64,000 bases of DNA, taken from positions 1,684 through 65,683 of the forward strand of contig JBCCEA010000018.1 of assembly GCA_039030515.1 (NCBI GenBank), read 5' to 3'. Positions 36,299 through 44,953 of the stretch are shown piece after piece. The DNA comes from Myxococcota bacterium. GTDB lineage: Bacteria > Myxococcota_A > Polyangia > Polyangiales > Houyiibacteriaceae. A model generated the notes under the pieces. The model made no database searches, was not told where the DNA came from, and saw only the letters and a program-made list of their open reading frames with translations. How positions within the stretch are numbered: the first letter of the stretch is position 1; every line of letters begins with the position of its first letter. A program made the position numbers and the translations under genes.

Positions 36299-39022
36299 TC
36301 AGTCCTCCTGCTCGATCTGCTCTTTCAATCTGGAAAGAGCCATCAAGGCATCCATCGGAGTCATTTGATTCGGGTCCAAGTGCCGTAGGGTCTCGATCAC
36401 TTTGCCGATGTGGGGAGGCGTCGCTGCAGAGAAAAGATCGAGTTGTTGAGATTCACGAGACCGACCCTCGCCGTGCGGGAAACTATCTGCGGCTTTGGTG
36501 CGATTTTCAAATGCCTCCAGAAGGCTTCGTGCACGCTCAAGAACCCAATCGGGAATTCCGGCAAGCCGTGCGACCGCAACGCCATAGCTGCGATTGGCGC
36601 CACCCTCGGTGAGTCGGTGTAGGAACACGACCTCCTCTCCCCGTTCCAACGCAGCGACGTTGTAATTGCGCACTCCGTCAAACTTCGACTCCAGCTCGCA
36701 GAGTTCGTGATAGTGGGTCGCGAACATCGTGCGGCAGCGAATCGTCTCGTGCAGGTGCTCTGCGATGGCCCAGGCGATCGCGAGACCGTCGTAGGTGCTG
36801 GTGCCCCGTCCTATTTCATCGAGAATCACGAGGGAGTCTGCACTTGCTTCCCGAAGAACCGTGGCGGCCTCCTGCATTTCGACCATGAAGGTGCTGTGCC
36901 CTTCAGCGAGGTTGTCGCTGGCGCCTATTCGGGTGAACACGCGATCGACAAGTCCCACGCGGGCCGTTTTCGCGGGCACAAAACTCCCCGTCTGCGCTAA
37001 TATCACCGCGAGTGCAACTTGGCGCATCGTCGTGCTCTTTCCGCTCATGTTCGGCCCGGTCACCATCATCAAGCGGCAGTCGTCTGCATCGAGCTCCACA
37101 TCGTTGGGCACGAACACTCCGGCGGCAGCCAATCGCTCGACGACGGGATGTCTCGAGTCCTTCAGCGAAATTGTGCTGCCTGTATCCACTACGGGACGAC
37201 AGTAGTCGTATGCCCGGGCCACTTCGGCAAGCGATGCCAGCGCGTCGATGCGACCGACTCCACCTGCAAGACGTCTGAGTTTCGCGCCTTCTTCTCCGAT
37301 CCGTTCTCGCAAAGATTGGAAGAGCGCGAGTTCGATTTCACGGGAACGCTCGTCTGCCCCCGCTATTTTTTCCTGAAGTTCAGCCAGTTCATCGGTCGTG
37401 TAGCGTTCTGCTCCGACCACCGTTTGCTTTCGTCGATAGTCTTCAGGTACCGATCCCAGTTTGGCTTTCGAAATTTCAATATAGTATCCAAAGACCTTGG
37501 TGTATTTGATCTTGAGGGTGGTGATACCGGTTCTCGTTCGCTCTCTTTGCTCGAGTTCCTGAATCAGCGACTTGCTGTTTTGAGAAATGGCGTGGAGCTC
37601 GTCGAGCTCTGGATCGACGCCTTCGGCGATGATCGCCCCCGCATGTATCGTCGCCGCGGGTTGCTCCACCAGCGTGCGCTGGAGATCTTCGAGTAGATCG
37701 GCCGTGTGTACATCCGGCAGGCTAGCTCCCAATGCGGCTGAGCGTACGGTTGCCTCGTTACGCTTCGCATCGTTTGCTGGGGATGGGTCTTGTTCAACCT
37801 CTGGCAGGTCAAAGGGCAATTCGGAGTCGTGCATGGCTGCAAGACACTGACGCAATGATTCGACGGCAAGAAGTCCGGTCCGTAACGCGGCGAGATCCTT
37901 AGGTGTGGCCACCCCCATAGACGCACGCGTTGCGAGACGTTCGAGATCTCCAACGCGAGAGAGCGGATCTTGGACTTCCTTCAAGCGGAGTGGCTGAAAG
38001 GTAAAAAGCGCCACCACATCGTGTCGGCGACGAATGAGGGCGACATCTCGGAGTGGTGCCAGAAGCCACTGACGCAAGGTGCGGGCTCCCATCGGAGTTC
38101 GGGTCTTATCGATCAATTGCAGAATCGAGCCGCGCCTTTCGCCACCCAACGTTTCTACCAGCTCCAGATTGCGTATCGCGACGTCGTCGAGCACGAGATG
38201 ATCGCGAGGGTGGTATCGGCGTATTACCTCTACGGGAATCCCCCTTTGAATCGAGTAGGTGTCTGCGTAATGGATCGCCCGCAGCACCGCGAGGTATGCA
38301 GCACGCGGCAGCTCACCCATTTGATGACCGGCGTCGGTTCCTTCGAATCTTCTCGCCACGACGGCTTCTTCAAAACCCTCCGCAAAGGGATGCGCCGCAA
38401 CTTGGGTAGTCAGACTTCGGGTGGCCTCCAGAAGATCGGACTCGTTTGGGGACATGATGAGTTCTTTTGGACCCAAACGGAGCACTTCAGCCAAAGCTTC
38501 TTCCGTGGAACCTAGAGAGCACGTTCGAACCTCACAGGTGGAGAGATCGATGGCACAGATTCCATACGACTTATCATTGGGTTCCTCAGTCGCTGTTTCG
38601 ACCGCAACCAAGTAGTTTGGTGCTCGGGACTCAAGAGCATCTGGCTCGAGGCAGAGCCCGGGCGTGATGACCCGGACCACTTCTCGTGGAACGATCCCGC
38701 GGACTTTTTTTGGATCACCTACTTGCTCACAAAGGGCGATTTTGTGCCCTTTCTGGAGCAGCTTGGTCAGATAGCCGGTTGCCGCATGATGGGGAACTCC
38801 CGCCATGGGAACTCGGTGACCTTGCTTGTCTTGCCCACGACTTGTGAGCGTGATGCCGAGAATCTCGGCAGCCTTCTCTGCATCGTCGTAGAAGAGTTCG
38901 TAGAAATCACCGAGGCGAAAGAACAACAGTGCGTCGGGATATTGCTCCTTGGCTCGAAAGTACTGCTGCATGACCGGTGTACGGCTAGGCGATGCAGATT
39001 TCTGCCTTTGCGATTTGGCCAC
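36299..39022 (-). CDS. mutS: DNA mismatch repair protein MutS
   Basis: TPVMQQYFRAKEQYPDALLFFRLGDFYELF, GPNMSGKSTTMRQ and STFMVEM are present. The start is a GTG. A GAGGGAG Shine-Dalgarno sequence overlaps the stop of the upstream gene. Confidence 0.96.
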   Translation of the reverse strand: MAKSQRQKSASPSRTPVMQQYFRAKEQYPDALLFFRLGDFYELFYDDAEKAAEILGITLTSRGQDKQGHRVPMAGVPHHAATGYLTKLLQKGHKIALCEQVGDPKKVRGIVPREVVRVITPGLCLEPDALESRAPNYLVAVETATEEPNDKSYGICAIDLSTCEVRTCSLGSTEEALAEVLRLGPKELIMSPNESDLLEATRSLTTQVAAHPFAEGFEEAVVARRFEGTDAGHQMGELPRAAYLAVLRAIHYADTYSIQRGIPVEVIRRYHPRDHLVLDDVAIRNLELVETLGGERRGSILQLIDKTRTPMGARTLRQWLLAPLRDVALIRRRHDVVALFTFQPLRLKEVQDPLSRVGDLERLATRASMGVATPKDLAALRTGLLAVESLRQCLAAMHDSELPFDLPEVEQDPSPANDAKRNEATVRSAALGASLPDVHTADLLEDLQRTLVEQPAATIHAGAIIAEGVDPELDELHAISQNSKSLIQELEQRERTRTGITTLKIKYTKVFGYYIEISKAKLGSVPEDYRRKQTVVGAERYTTDELAELQEKIAGADERSREIELALFQSLRERIGEEGAKLRRLAGGVGRIDALASLAEVARAYDYCRPVVDTGSTISLKDSRHPVVERLAAAGVFVPNDVELDADDCRLMMVTGPNMSGKSTTMRQVALAVILAQTGSFVPAKTARVGLVDRVFTRIGASDNLAEGHSTFMVEMQEAATVLREASADSLVILDEIGRGTSTYDGLAIAWAIAEHLHETIRCRTMFATHYHELCELESKFDGVRNYNVAALERGEEVVFLHRLTEGGANRSYGVAVARLAGIPDWVLERARSLLEAFENRTKAADSFPHGEGRSRESQQLDLFSAATPPHIGKVIETLRHLDPNQMTPMDALMALSRLKEQIEQED

Positions 39023-39032
39023 GGGTGCTCCC

Positions 39033-41573
39033 TCAATCGAATACAGCGTCGATGCCGAGCTCTTCCAAATCGATTGAAACCAGGCCTGCTGTCGCGATGT
39101 CTATGACGTAGAGATGGTTGTCTCCCGCGTGAAACCGCATGTCCTGAGGCAGAACGCCACTGACGCCACTGAGTGCTGAAATCGAGACTCCCGACCGACT
39201 CGGTACCGACGTCACCGTGAACCTGAGTCCGGTGAAGTCTTCGTTATTGGGTCGAACGACAAAATCGCTTAGCTGCAGTTGAAGAAAGCCGTTGTCGAAT
39301 AGCAATCCAGGCGAAGCTCTTCCCGGAAGCGCACTGGCCACCTGCGTGCATGAACCGTCTTCGCCCTCCGAAACGGAGGTGAGATAACCCTCCGTGCTGC
39401 CTTCGACACGATAACTTCCTCGGGTTCGCACCTCAAACTCGATCAGGCCTGGAAAACATCGGAACACCTCTTCCAGCGTGTACCCAGCCTCCATCGGCTC
39501 CAACACGTCGAGCTCGAGGGATTCCTGTGTTGCACGGGTTACGGTATAGCCAACAACAGCCTGGTCTCCTTGATTGTTTTCTTCGAAGAGCGCGCAGCTG
39601 GGGTCGTCGTCGCTTGAAACTGAATCCTCGGTGATGACGAAGTACGTCCCCTCGTTGCCAGAAACCGCGTCGGCCGCAGTCGCATCCTGTAGGACGCCGA
39701 CGACACCAAACTCGCAAAAATTGCTTCCAGGCGCATCAAACCTAAGGCCTTCCGGACTGTCGATAAGTCGCCCGACCGTAGTTCCGGTTCCCGGAATCGC
39801 CCCCTGCCACTCAAAATTCCACTGTTGTGCTGAGGTCGTCCACGGGTCGTCGAGCACGCATATCAGTGGATCTCCATCGTCGGTCAGATTGGCTACGTCG
39901 GGATACACCTCCGTCATTCCCAGTCCACAAGCGGATAGGGGCACCAGACTTGGGTCGCTCAGGGATACGTCGCGAAGTCCGCTGTTGTTGATCCGCTCCG
40001 AGAGACCTTCGTAGGAGTACCGGGGGTCGGCGCTCAGCTCAATGAGTTCATCATCTTCCAAAAACTCACCGATGCGCGGCCGATGCCTTCGGATGTAGAC
40101 GCGCTGATCATCTTCGTTGTCTAAGGAGCCGCTGCCCGCTGCGCACTCAGCCTCAGTTCCACCACGACAGCTCGCGTCAAGATCGTAAATATCGATCATG
40201 CGAACCGTGCCGTCGGTAAGTCCTGCAGCGAGGAACACTCCCCGGAACGTTTCAAAACTCACCGACGCGACCGCATCTTCGATACTGGGATCACAAAGTT
40301 CGCCTGGGGTAATGCCGTTGTCCTCCTCATCCTCCTCTTCGATATCGTCCGGGGTAAGTATCTCCAAGGTGAGGGCAGGAGCATCGAGGTCGAGTCGATC
40401 GGTAGGCTGGAATCCGTGAACCAGGACGAGTGCTCCATCCGTTTTGCCCGCTCCATCTGCGCCCTGCGCATCGCCAGTGCCGCTCAGCAACTCAACCACC
40501 AGGACGCTGCCGTCGACCGCATCGATTGCGTAGAGAAACTGGACTGTGGAATCTGAATCTGGAGACGCCAACATCTCTGTCGGAACTGGGGGCGCCACCA
40601 CGAGCTCTCTCGTAGGAACGCCCACGTTGATCTGGCTTACGTTTGGGGTCTCACTTCCGTCGTCCGGGAAGGAAAAGACATGAATAAGCGGAAGCTGACG
40701 ATCTGAAACGAAGAGTCTATGGTCGTTTGGATCTAGAGCGAGAGCGATGGGTTCTGGGTCCAAATCGAGATCGAATGGCCCACGTTCGTCTGCCGTCGCT
40801 GGCTCCAATAGAAAGAGATCGGAAGGGCACAGCTTTCGATCGGAAGAGTCGGTCTTCGTGTACGCAGGTGAACCGACGCTTGCTGGTGCGGTGAGCACAT
40901 AGTCTACTCGTCCTTCGAAGGTCCCATCGGCAGCGAGAGAAATCGCTGCGACCAAACTTTCTGAAGGCACGGCGACATAGAGCACGTCTTCACCGGGGCC
41001 CATCACCATATCCGTCGGTGGACCTGGCAAGTCCACAGGGTCTGGCTCCGAGGGAGTTTCGCCATCGGTAGCAAAATTCGTATCGCTCAGAAACTCACGG
41101 TCATATTCGGAGTCTCGCCGGAACAGAGTGCTGGGGATCGCTCGAACCCGACTTGTGCCCTCTCCTGCCACGTAGACAAACTCGGGCGTCGCGTTTTGGC
41201 GCACGGCGATGGCGCTCGGCAGCGAATCCACCTGCAGGAAACTAAAGCCGGGAACGAGTAGATCGCTATCCAGGATCTCTTCCTCGGTGAGATCCACCGC
41301 GCCGATCTCACCTCGAGCGGTTTGATTGACCAACGCTACAAGCGCTCGGCCCGGTGCGCTGTCGTCTGGATCCACTCCGTCGCACGCGGACAGCACGGTC
41401 ACTTGCGCACGGGTGAGGTCGTTGGATCGCGAAGGCACAAGGAAGCACATCAACGTCAAATCCGATGGGCGTTCAAAAGTTGCAGGTGTTACGCGAATTG
41501 AGTTGTCATCGCACGCCACGAGCAGCGTCAGCGCAATCCCGACTGCGCCGCAACAGCGCCTGCTAGCGCTCAT
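39033..41573 (-). CDS. Large hypothetical lipoprotein, beta-propeller-like repeats
   Basis: I chose the internal ATG at 41573 (MSASRRCCGAVGIALTLLVACDDN, with lipobox LVAC). It forms an ATGA overlap with the upstream stop. Strand motifs recur: RLFVSDRQLPLIHVF, FLYAIDAVDGSVLVVEL and HLYVIDIATAGLVSIDL. Confidence 0.7.
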   Translation of the reverse strand: MSASRRCCGAVGIALTLLVACDDNSIRVTPATFERPSDLTLMCFLVPSRSNDLTRAQVTVLSACDGVDPDDSAPGRALVALVNQTARGEIGAVDLTEEEILDSDLLVPGFSFLQVDSLPSAIAVRQNATPEFVYVAGEGTSRVRAIPSTLFRRDSEYDREFLSDTNFATDGETPSEPDPVDLPGPPTDMVMGPGEDVLYVAVPSESLVAAISLAADGTFEGRVDYVLTAPASVGSPAYTKTDSSDRKLCPSDLFLLEPATADERGPFDLDLDPEPIALALDPNDHRLFVSDRQLPLIHVFSFPDDGSETPNVSQINVGVPTRELVVAPPVPTEMLASPDSDSTVQFLYAIDAVDGSVLVVELLSGTGDAQGADGAGKTDGALVLVHGFQPTDRLDLDAPALTLEILTPDDIEEEDEEDNGITPGELCDPSIEDAVASVSFETFRGVFLAAGLTDGTVRMIDIYDLDASCRGGTEAECAAGSGSLDNEDDQRVYIRRHRPRIGEFLEDDELIELSADPRYSYEGLSERINNSGLRDVSLSDPSLVPLSACGLGMTEVYPDVANLTDDGDPLICVLDDPWTTSAQQWNFEWQGAIPGTGTTVGRLIDSPEGLRFDAPGSNFCEFGVVGVLQDATAADAVSGNEGTYFVITEDSVSSDDDPSCALFEENNQGDQAVVGYTVTRATQESLELDVLEPMEAGYTLEEVFRCFPGLIEFEVRTRGSYRVEGSTEGYLTSVSEGEDGSCTQVASALPGRASPGLLFDNGFLQLQLSDFVVRPNNEDFTGLRFTVTSVPSRSGVSISALSGVSGVLPQDMRFHAGDNHLYVIDIATAGLVSIDLEELGIDAVFD

Positions 41574-42952
41574 CGTAGTTCCTGAATGGGTTGAGGCGTG
41601 CCTAGGAGTGCGCGGGTCGTGGGCGCGCACTCACGTTCTTCGAATTTCGTACTGGTGTTGTCCCCCACATAGTTGTCTACGAGACAGCTGAGAAGCGGGG
41701 TGAGGTCTACGATCCGAATCACTGAGTTGTTGAAATCGCCGAGATATACCAGTCGGCGCTGCGGGTCGACGATGAGATCAAAGGGTCCGGAAAGGTTCCT
41801 GGTCACCGCGACGAGACGACGTCTGTCGATATCGATGATATACAAATCACGACTGTCGAAACAGCTGACGAATGCCAAGTTGAATGAGGCGTCCGTTCCT
41901 TCAGCCTGAACTTGAGCGAGTGCCATCCGCGATGCGCCATCTCCGAGCTCGACGATATCGACGATGTTCAGCACATTGGGCTCTCGCTCTCGCAGGTCAG
42001 CGATCAGCAACGATCTCGGCTCACGCGCCACGATGTACGCGAACGGATGGGTGTCTAATCCTCTCGGATCAAACGCTACGGCACGGGTGTCTCCGGAACC
42101 TCCCGTGATAAAGTCGAGGTCTTCCAACAAAATCGAACCCGCATCGAAGAGTTCTACCTCGTCGTCCTCCATCGTCAGGGCATCGACAGCGATGCCCACG
42201 TTTGCGATTCGCCTCTCGGAAATGCTCGGCATCCACGCACGTCGCGTCTGAGGATTCCAGGTGGCTGCCACCAAATCGCTCGGAAGTTCGTCGATGGTGT
42301 CGACAAGGACGGGCGCCTGCCCATCCAGAATTTCAAAGAGGCTTGCTTGACGTCCGCGGTGGGCCATCAGTACGAAATCTCCCGACAGAGAATCGTTGAG
42401 TTCACTTCGGCGACGTACCACGAGACCCAAGGGCTGGTTGGGTAAGGACACATCTTCATTGGATCCCGCCCTGTCCAAAGCGGTGCATCGGTCGGCCTCG
42501 GAACAGTTCAAACTGCCGTCCGCGCCCAAGTCAACGTAGGTGAGCTCCTCATCAGAGCGCGAAACGAGATAGAGCCGCTCTTGATCCGGAGAAATTGCGA
42601 TGTCGTTGCCGTGCGCACCGATTCGAACCGAGTCGATAAAGTAGGCCTCCCCCTGACCCTCTGCATCAACAGGAAACTCACAAGGCTGCTGTGGCTCAGT
42701 GCAGCTGTCCACCAGGGATTCGATAACAGAGAGATCGTATGAATGCAGCGTTCCTGTGTTGTATCTCAAATCGAAATCAGAGTTGACGACGAAAAGATAT
42801 TCGAGGTTGCCAGACGGGTCGGTAGATGCCGCAAGGGCTGTCGGGAAATAAATCTCGCGTGCTGGCGGAGGCCTACCTTCGTTATCCAAACAGCCTTCGA
42901 GAAGTATGGCGAACGCAAATGCGATAGAACACAGGGCGGTTACATCCCGCAT
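41570..42952 (-). CDS. Hypothetical lipoprotein, beta-propeller-like repeats
   Basis: MRDVTALCSIAFAFAILLEGC supplies the lipobox. Repeats RLYLVSRSDEELTYVDL, DLYIIDIDRRRLVAV and LVYLGDFNNSVIRIVDL resemble the YVTN/lactonase-type propeller blades. Confidence 0.7.
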   Translation of the reverse strand: MRDVTALCSIAFAFAILLEGCLDNEGRPPPAREIYFPTALAASTDPSGNLEYLFVVNSDFDLRYNTGTLHSYDLSVIESLVDSCTEPQQPCEFPVDAEGQGEAYFIDSVRIGAHGNDIAISPDQERLYLVSRSDEELTYVDLGADGSLNCSEADRCTALDRAGSNEDVSLPNQPLGLVVRRRSELNDSLSGDFVLMAHRGRQASLFEILDGQAPVLVDTIDELPSDLVAATWNPQTRRAWMPSISERRIANVGIAVDALTMEDDEVELFDAGSILLEDLDFITGGSGDTRAVAFDPRGLDTHPFAYIVAREPRSLLIADLREREPNVLNIVDIVELGDGASRMALAQVQAEGTDASFNLAFVSCFDSRDLYIIDIDRRRLVAVTRNLSGPFDLIVDPQRRLVYLGDFNNSVIRIVDLTPLLSCLVDNYVGDNTSTKFEERECAPTTRALLGTPQPIQELR

Positions 42953-43056
42953 GGGGGCGCACCGTAGCGATGTCGAAGGTTTACGGCAAGCGAACCCGAG
43001 CGATTCATACTACCGGCGTTGCATGATCAGCGCCGCGTCCGGTCTGTTGCACGGAT

Positions 43057-43092
43057 GCCGAACGCGTTCTCGGCTACTTAGCCGTTCGGCTA
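43057..43092 (-). other. Two adjacent small hairpins at and after the kinase stop codon
   Basis: GCCGA-ACGCGTTC-TCGGC lies at 43057-43074. TAGCC-GTTC-GGCTA lies at 43079-43092 and includes the stop codon. There is no U-tract, so a terminator function is unproven. Confidence 0.3.
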
Positions 43093-44733
43093 GCCGTCTG
43101 AAGCCCAGGGATCCAGCACTTCGCTCTGCGGCATGCGATTCATTCTTTGAACAGGAGCTGGGGCTACGGGAGCGACCATGGGCGTAGGCTCCGGAGTCTT
43201 ATTGGCTCGGCGTTCTCGTCGGGGTGCCGTGCGAGGCGTGTTCGTTCGGGCGCGGACTCGGTCGCGTTCCAGGGTGATGCTGAGTGGGGATTGGGTTAGG
43301 TGAGAGATGCGGACCCGTGCGTCTCGATGACCTTCCGCCTTCAGTTCCAGCTCATAAGCTTCGCCCCGGTTCGGGGCAGAAACCTCGATCGGTGTGTTGC
43401 CGATAAGCACGCCGTCGCGAGATACCAGTGCGTTGCTCGGGTCGCTTTGCACCGTTACCGTCAGCTCCATCGCGTTTGGATCAGGTTCAGCGGTGTCGGC
43501 GGCCCCCAGTTCTGAGCGTTCTTCCGTGTTTGTCAGACCCGTCTGCTCAGGTTCGTCTGCCTGAAGACTTGGTCCGGCAGAAACCGGTTCAGCCGCCGCC
43601 GCCGCTCTCGGTTCCTCGTTAGATACCGAAGAGTCTCTGAGCATCGCCAGGACGATCGCCGCGACGCCAGCCACCGCGAGCAACGCTCCCAACGCAACAA
43701 AGGTCTTGCGAAAGCCTCGGCTCGCTGTTGCAGGTCGCGAAATTTGGTGACTAGGTTGAGTGTAGACTCCCGCGAGTGGAGATGCGCCATTCGGATCAGC
43801 CGCAGCCGGCATCGCTCCGCGGCTCAAAGCCTCTAAATCTAAGCGAAGCGCGTCCATAGACTCGTAGCGGAAGTCGACATCCTTGGACAGGCATTTGAGG
43901 ATGACCGCTTCGAACTCCGCCTGAACCGTTCCCTCCTCTGCGACCTGACTTGGAGGTATCGGTTCCTCATAGAGGTGCTTCGTCAGGATGCCCATCAAGT
44001 TATCCGCGTCGAAGGGAACCTGACCCGTCACCATTTCGTACATGATCACACCGAGCGCGTAGATGTCGGTCCGCTGGTCGACTGCACGGCCCGCGCATTG
44101 CTCCGGCGACATATAGTGAGGGGTGCCGAATACCTGCCCGGCCTTGGTGAGCTTGCTGGTGTTTCCGCCAACTTTAGCGATACCGAAATCCAGTACCTTG
44201 ACAAAGTCGGAATCGCCGCCCTTGTGCACCAAGTAGATATTGTCGGGCTTTAAGTCGCGATGAACGATTCCGATCTCATGGGCTGCACCCAAGGCCCTGC
44301 AGAGCTGCCCGGTAATGTGGAGGACCCGTCCGGCATTCACCGGGGCGTCGTGCTCTACGACATGGGTCAGGTCCACTCCATCCAGGAACTCCATGACGAA
44401 ATAGGTGGAGCTGTCAGGGAGCGTCCCGAAGTCGCTGATGTCGATGATGTGTTGATTCCCGATGTTTGAGGCACTCTGCGCTTCTTGGCGAAAACGCGTC
44501 ATGATCTCCTCATCCTTGCTCACATCGGGCCGCAACACTTTGATCGCCAAGGGCTTTCCCAGCACGGTATGGCGCGCCTTGTAGACCAGTCCCATGCCCC
44601 CTTCGCCCAGTATGGACTCGACCTGATATCTGCCGTCGATCGTCTTACCGATCAGCGGATCATCCTGGTTCGGCTGAAGCGATTCCATCCCCTCTCCCTC
44701 GATCACTCGAAGATGCTCGGCTTGATTGTTCAT
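43090..44733 (-). CDS. Ser/Thr protein kinase (catalytically intact) with one TM helix and a C-terminal PEGA domain
   Basis: LGEGGMGLVYKARH, LAIKVL, HRDLKPDNIYL and DFGIAK are present. The TM helix is FVALGALLAVAGVAAIVLAML. The PEGA-like segment is VTVQSDPSNALVSRDGVLIGNTPIEV...YELELKAEGHRD. I chose the ATG at 44733 (GAGG lies 9 nt upstream). A GTG at 44778 is the alternative. Confidence 0.9.
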   Translation of the reverse strand: MNNQAEHLRVIEGEGMESLQPNQDDPLIGKTIDGRYQVESILGEGGMGLVYKARHTVLGKPLAIKVLRPDVSKDEEIMTRFRQEAQSASNIGNQHIIDISDFGTLPDSSTYFVMEFLDGVDLTHVVEHDAPVNAGRVLHITGQLCRALGAAHEIGIVHRDLKPDNIYLVHKGGDSDFVKVLDFGIAKVGGNTSKLTKAGQVFGTPHYMSPEQCAGRAVDQRTDIYALGVIMYEMVTGQVPFDADNLMGILTKHLYEEPIPPSQVAEEGTVQAEFEAVILKCLSKDVDFRYESMDALRLDLEALSRGAMPAAADPNGASPLAGVYTQPSHQISRPATASRGFRKTFVALGALLAVAGVAAIVLAMLRDSSVSNEEPRAAAAAEPVSAGPSLQADEPEQTGLTNTEERSELGAADTAEPDPNAMELTVTVQSDPSNALVSRDGVLIGNTPIEVSAPNRGEAYELELKAEGHRDARVRISHLTQSPLSITLERDRVRARTNTPRTAPRRERRANKTPEPTPMVAPVAPAPVQRMNRMPQSEVLDPWASDG

Positions 44734-44791
44734 CGATTCAACCTCGAAAGCTAATCCATAAATCGTGCGAAATATCACACTTCATGTCTTT

Positions 44792-44825
44792 GAGAACCTA
44801 CACTACCCGAGAACCTGCACTGCCC
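44792..44825. promoter_or_regulatory. 2 x 17 bp tandem direct repeat upstream of the PEGA kinase
   Basis: The units gagaacctacactaccc and gagaacctgcactgccc match at 15 of 17 positions. The repeat lies 58 bp upstream of the ATG at 44733. Confidence 0.3.
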
Positions 44826-44953
44826 AAAGGCGCAGTCTGCATTCCTATAGAGGTTAAGTTGTATCGCCGAGCTAAACTTATTGCTACACAAGATGCATTT
44901 TTTCGCCATGCTCACAGATCAACGCGGGCGAGTATCGCAAAAGATATCGATTG

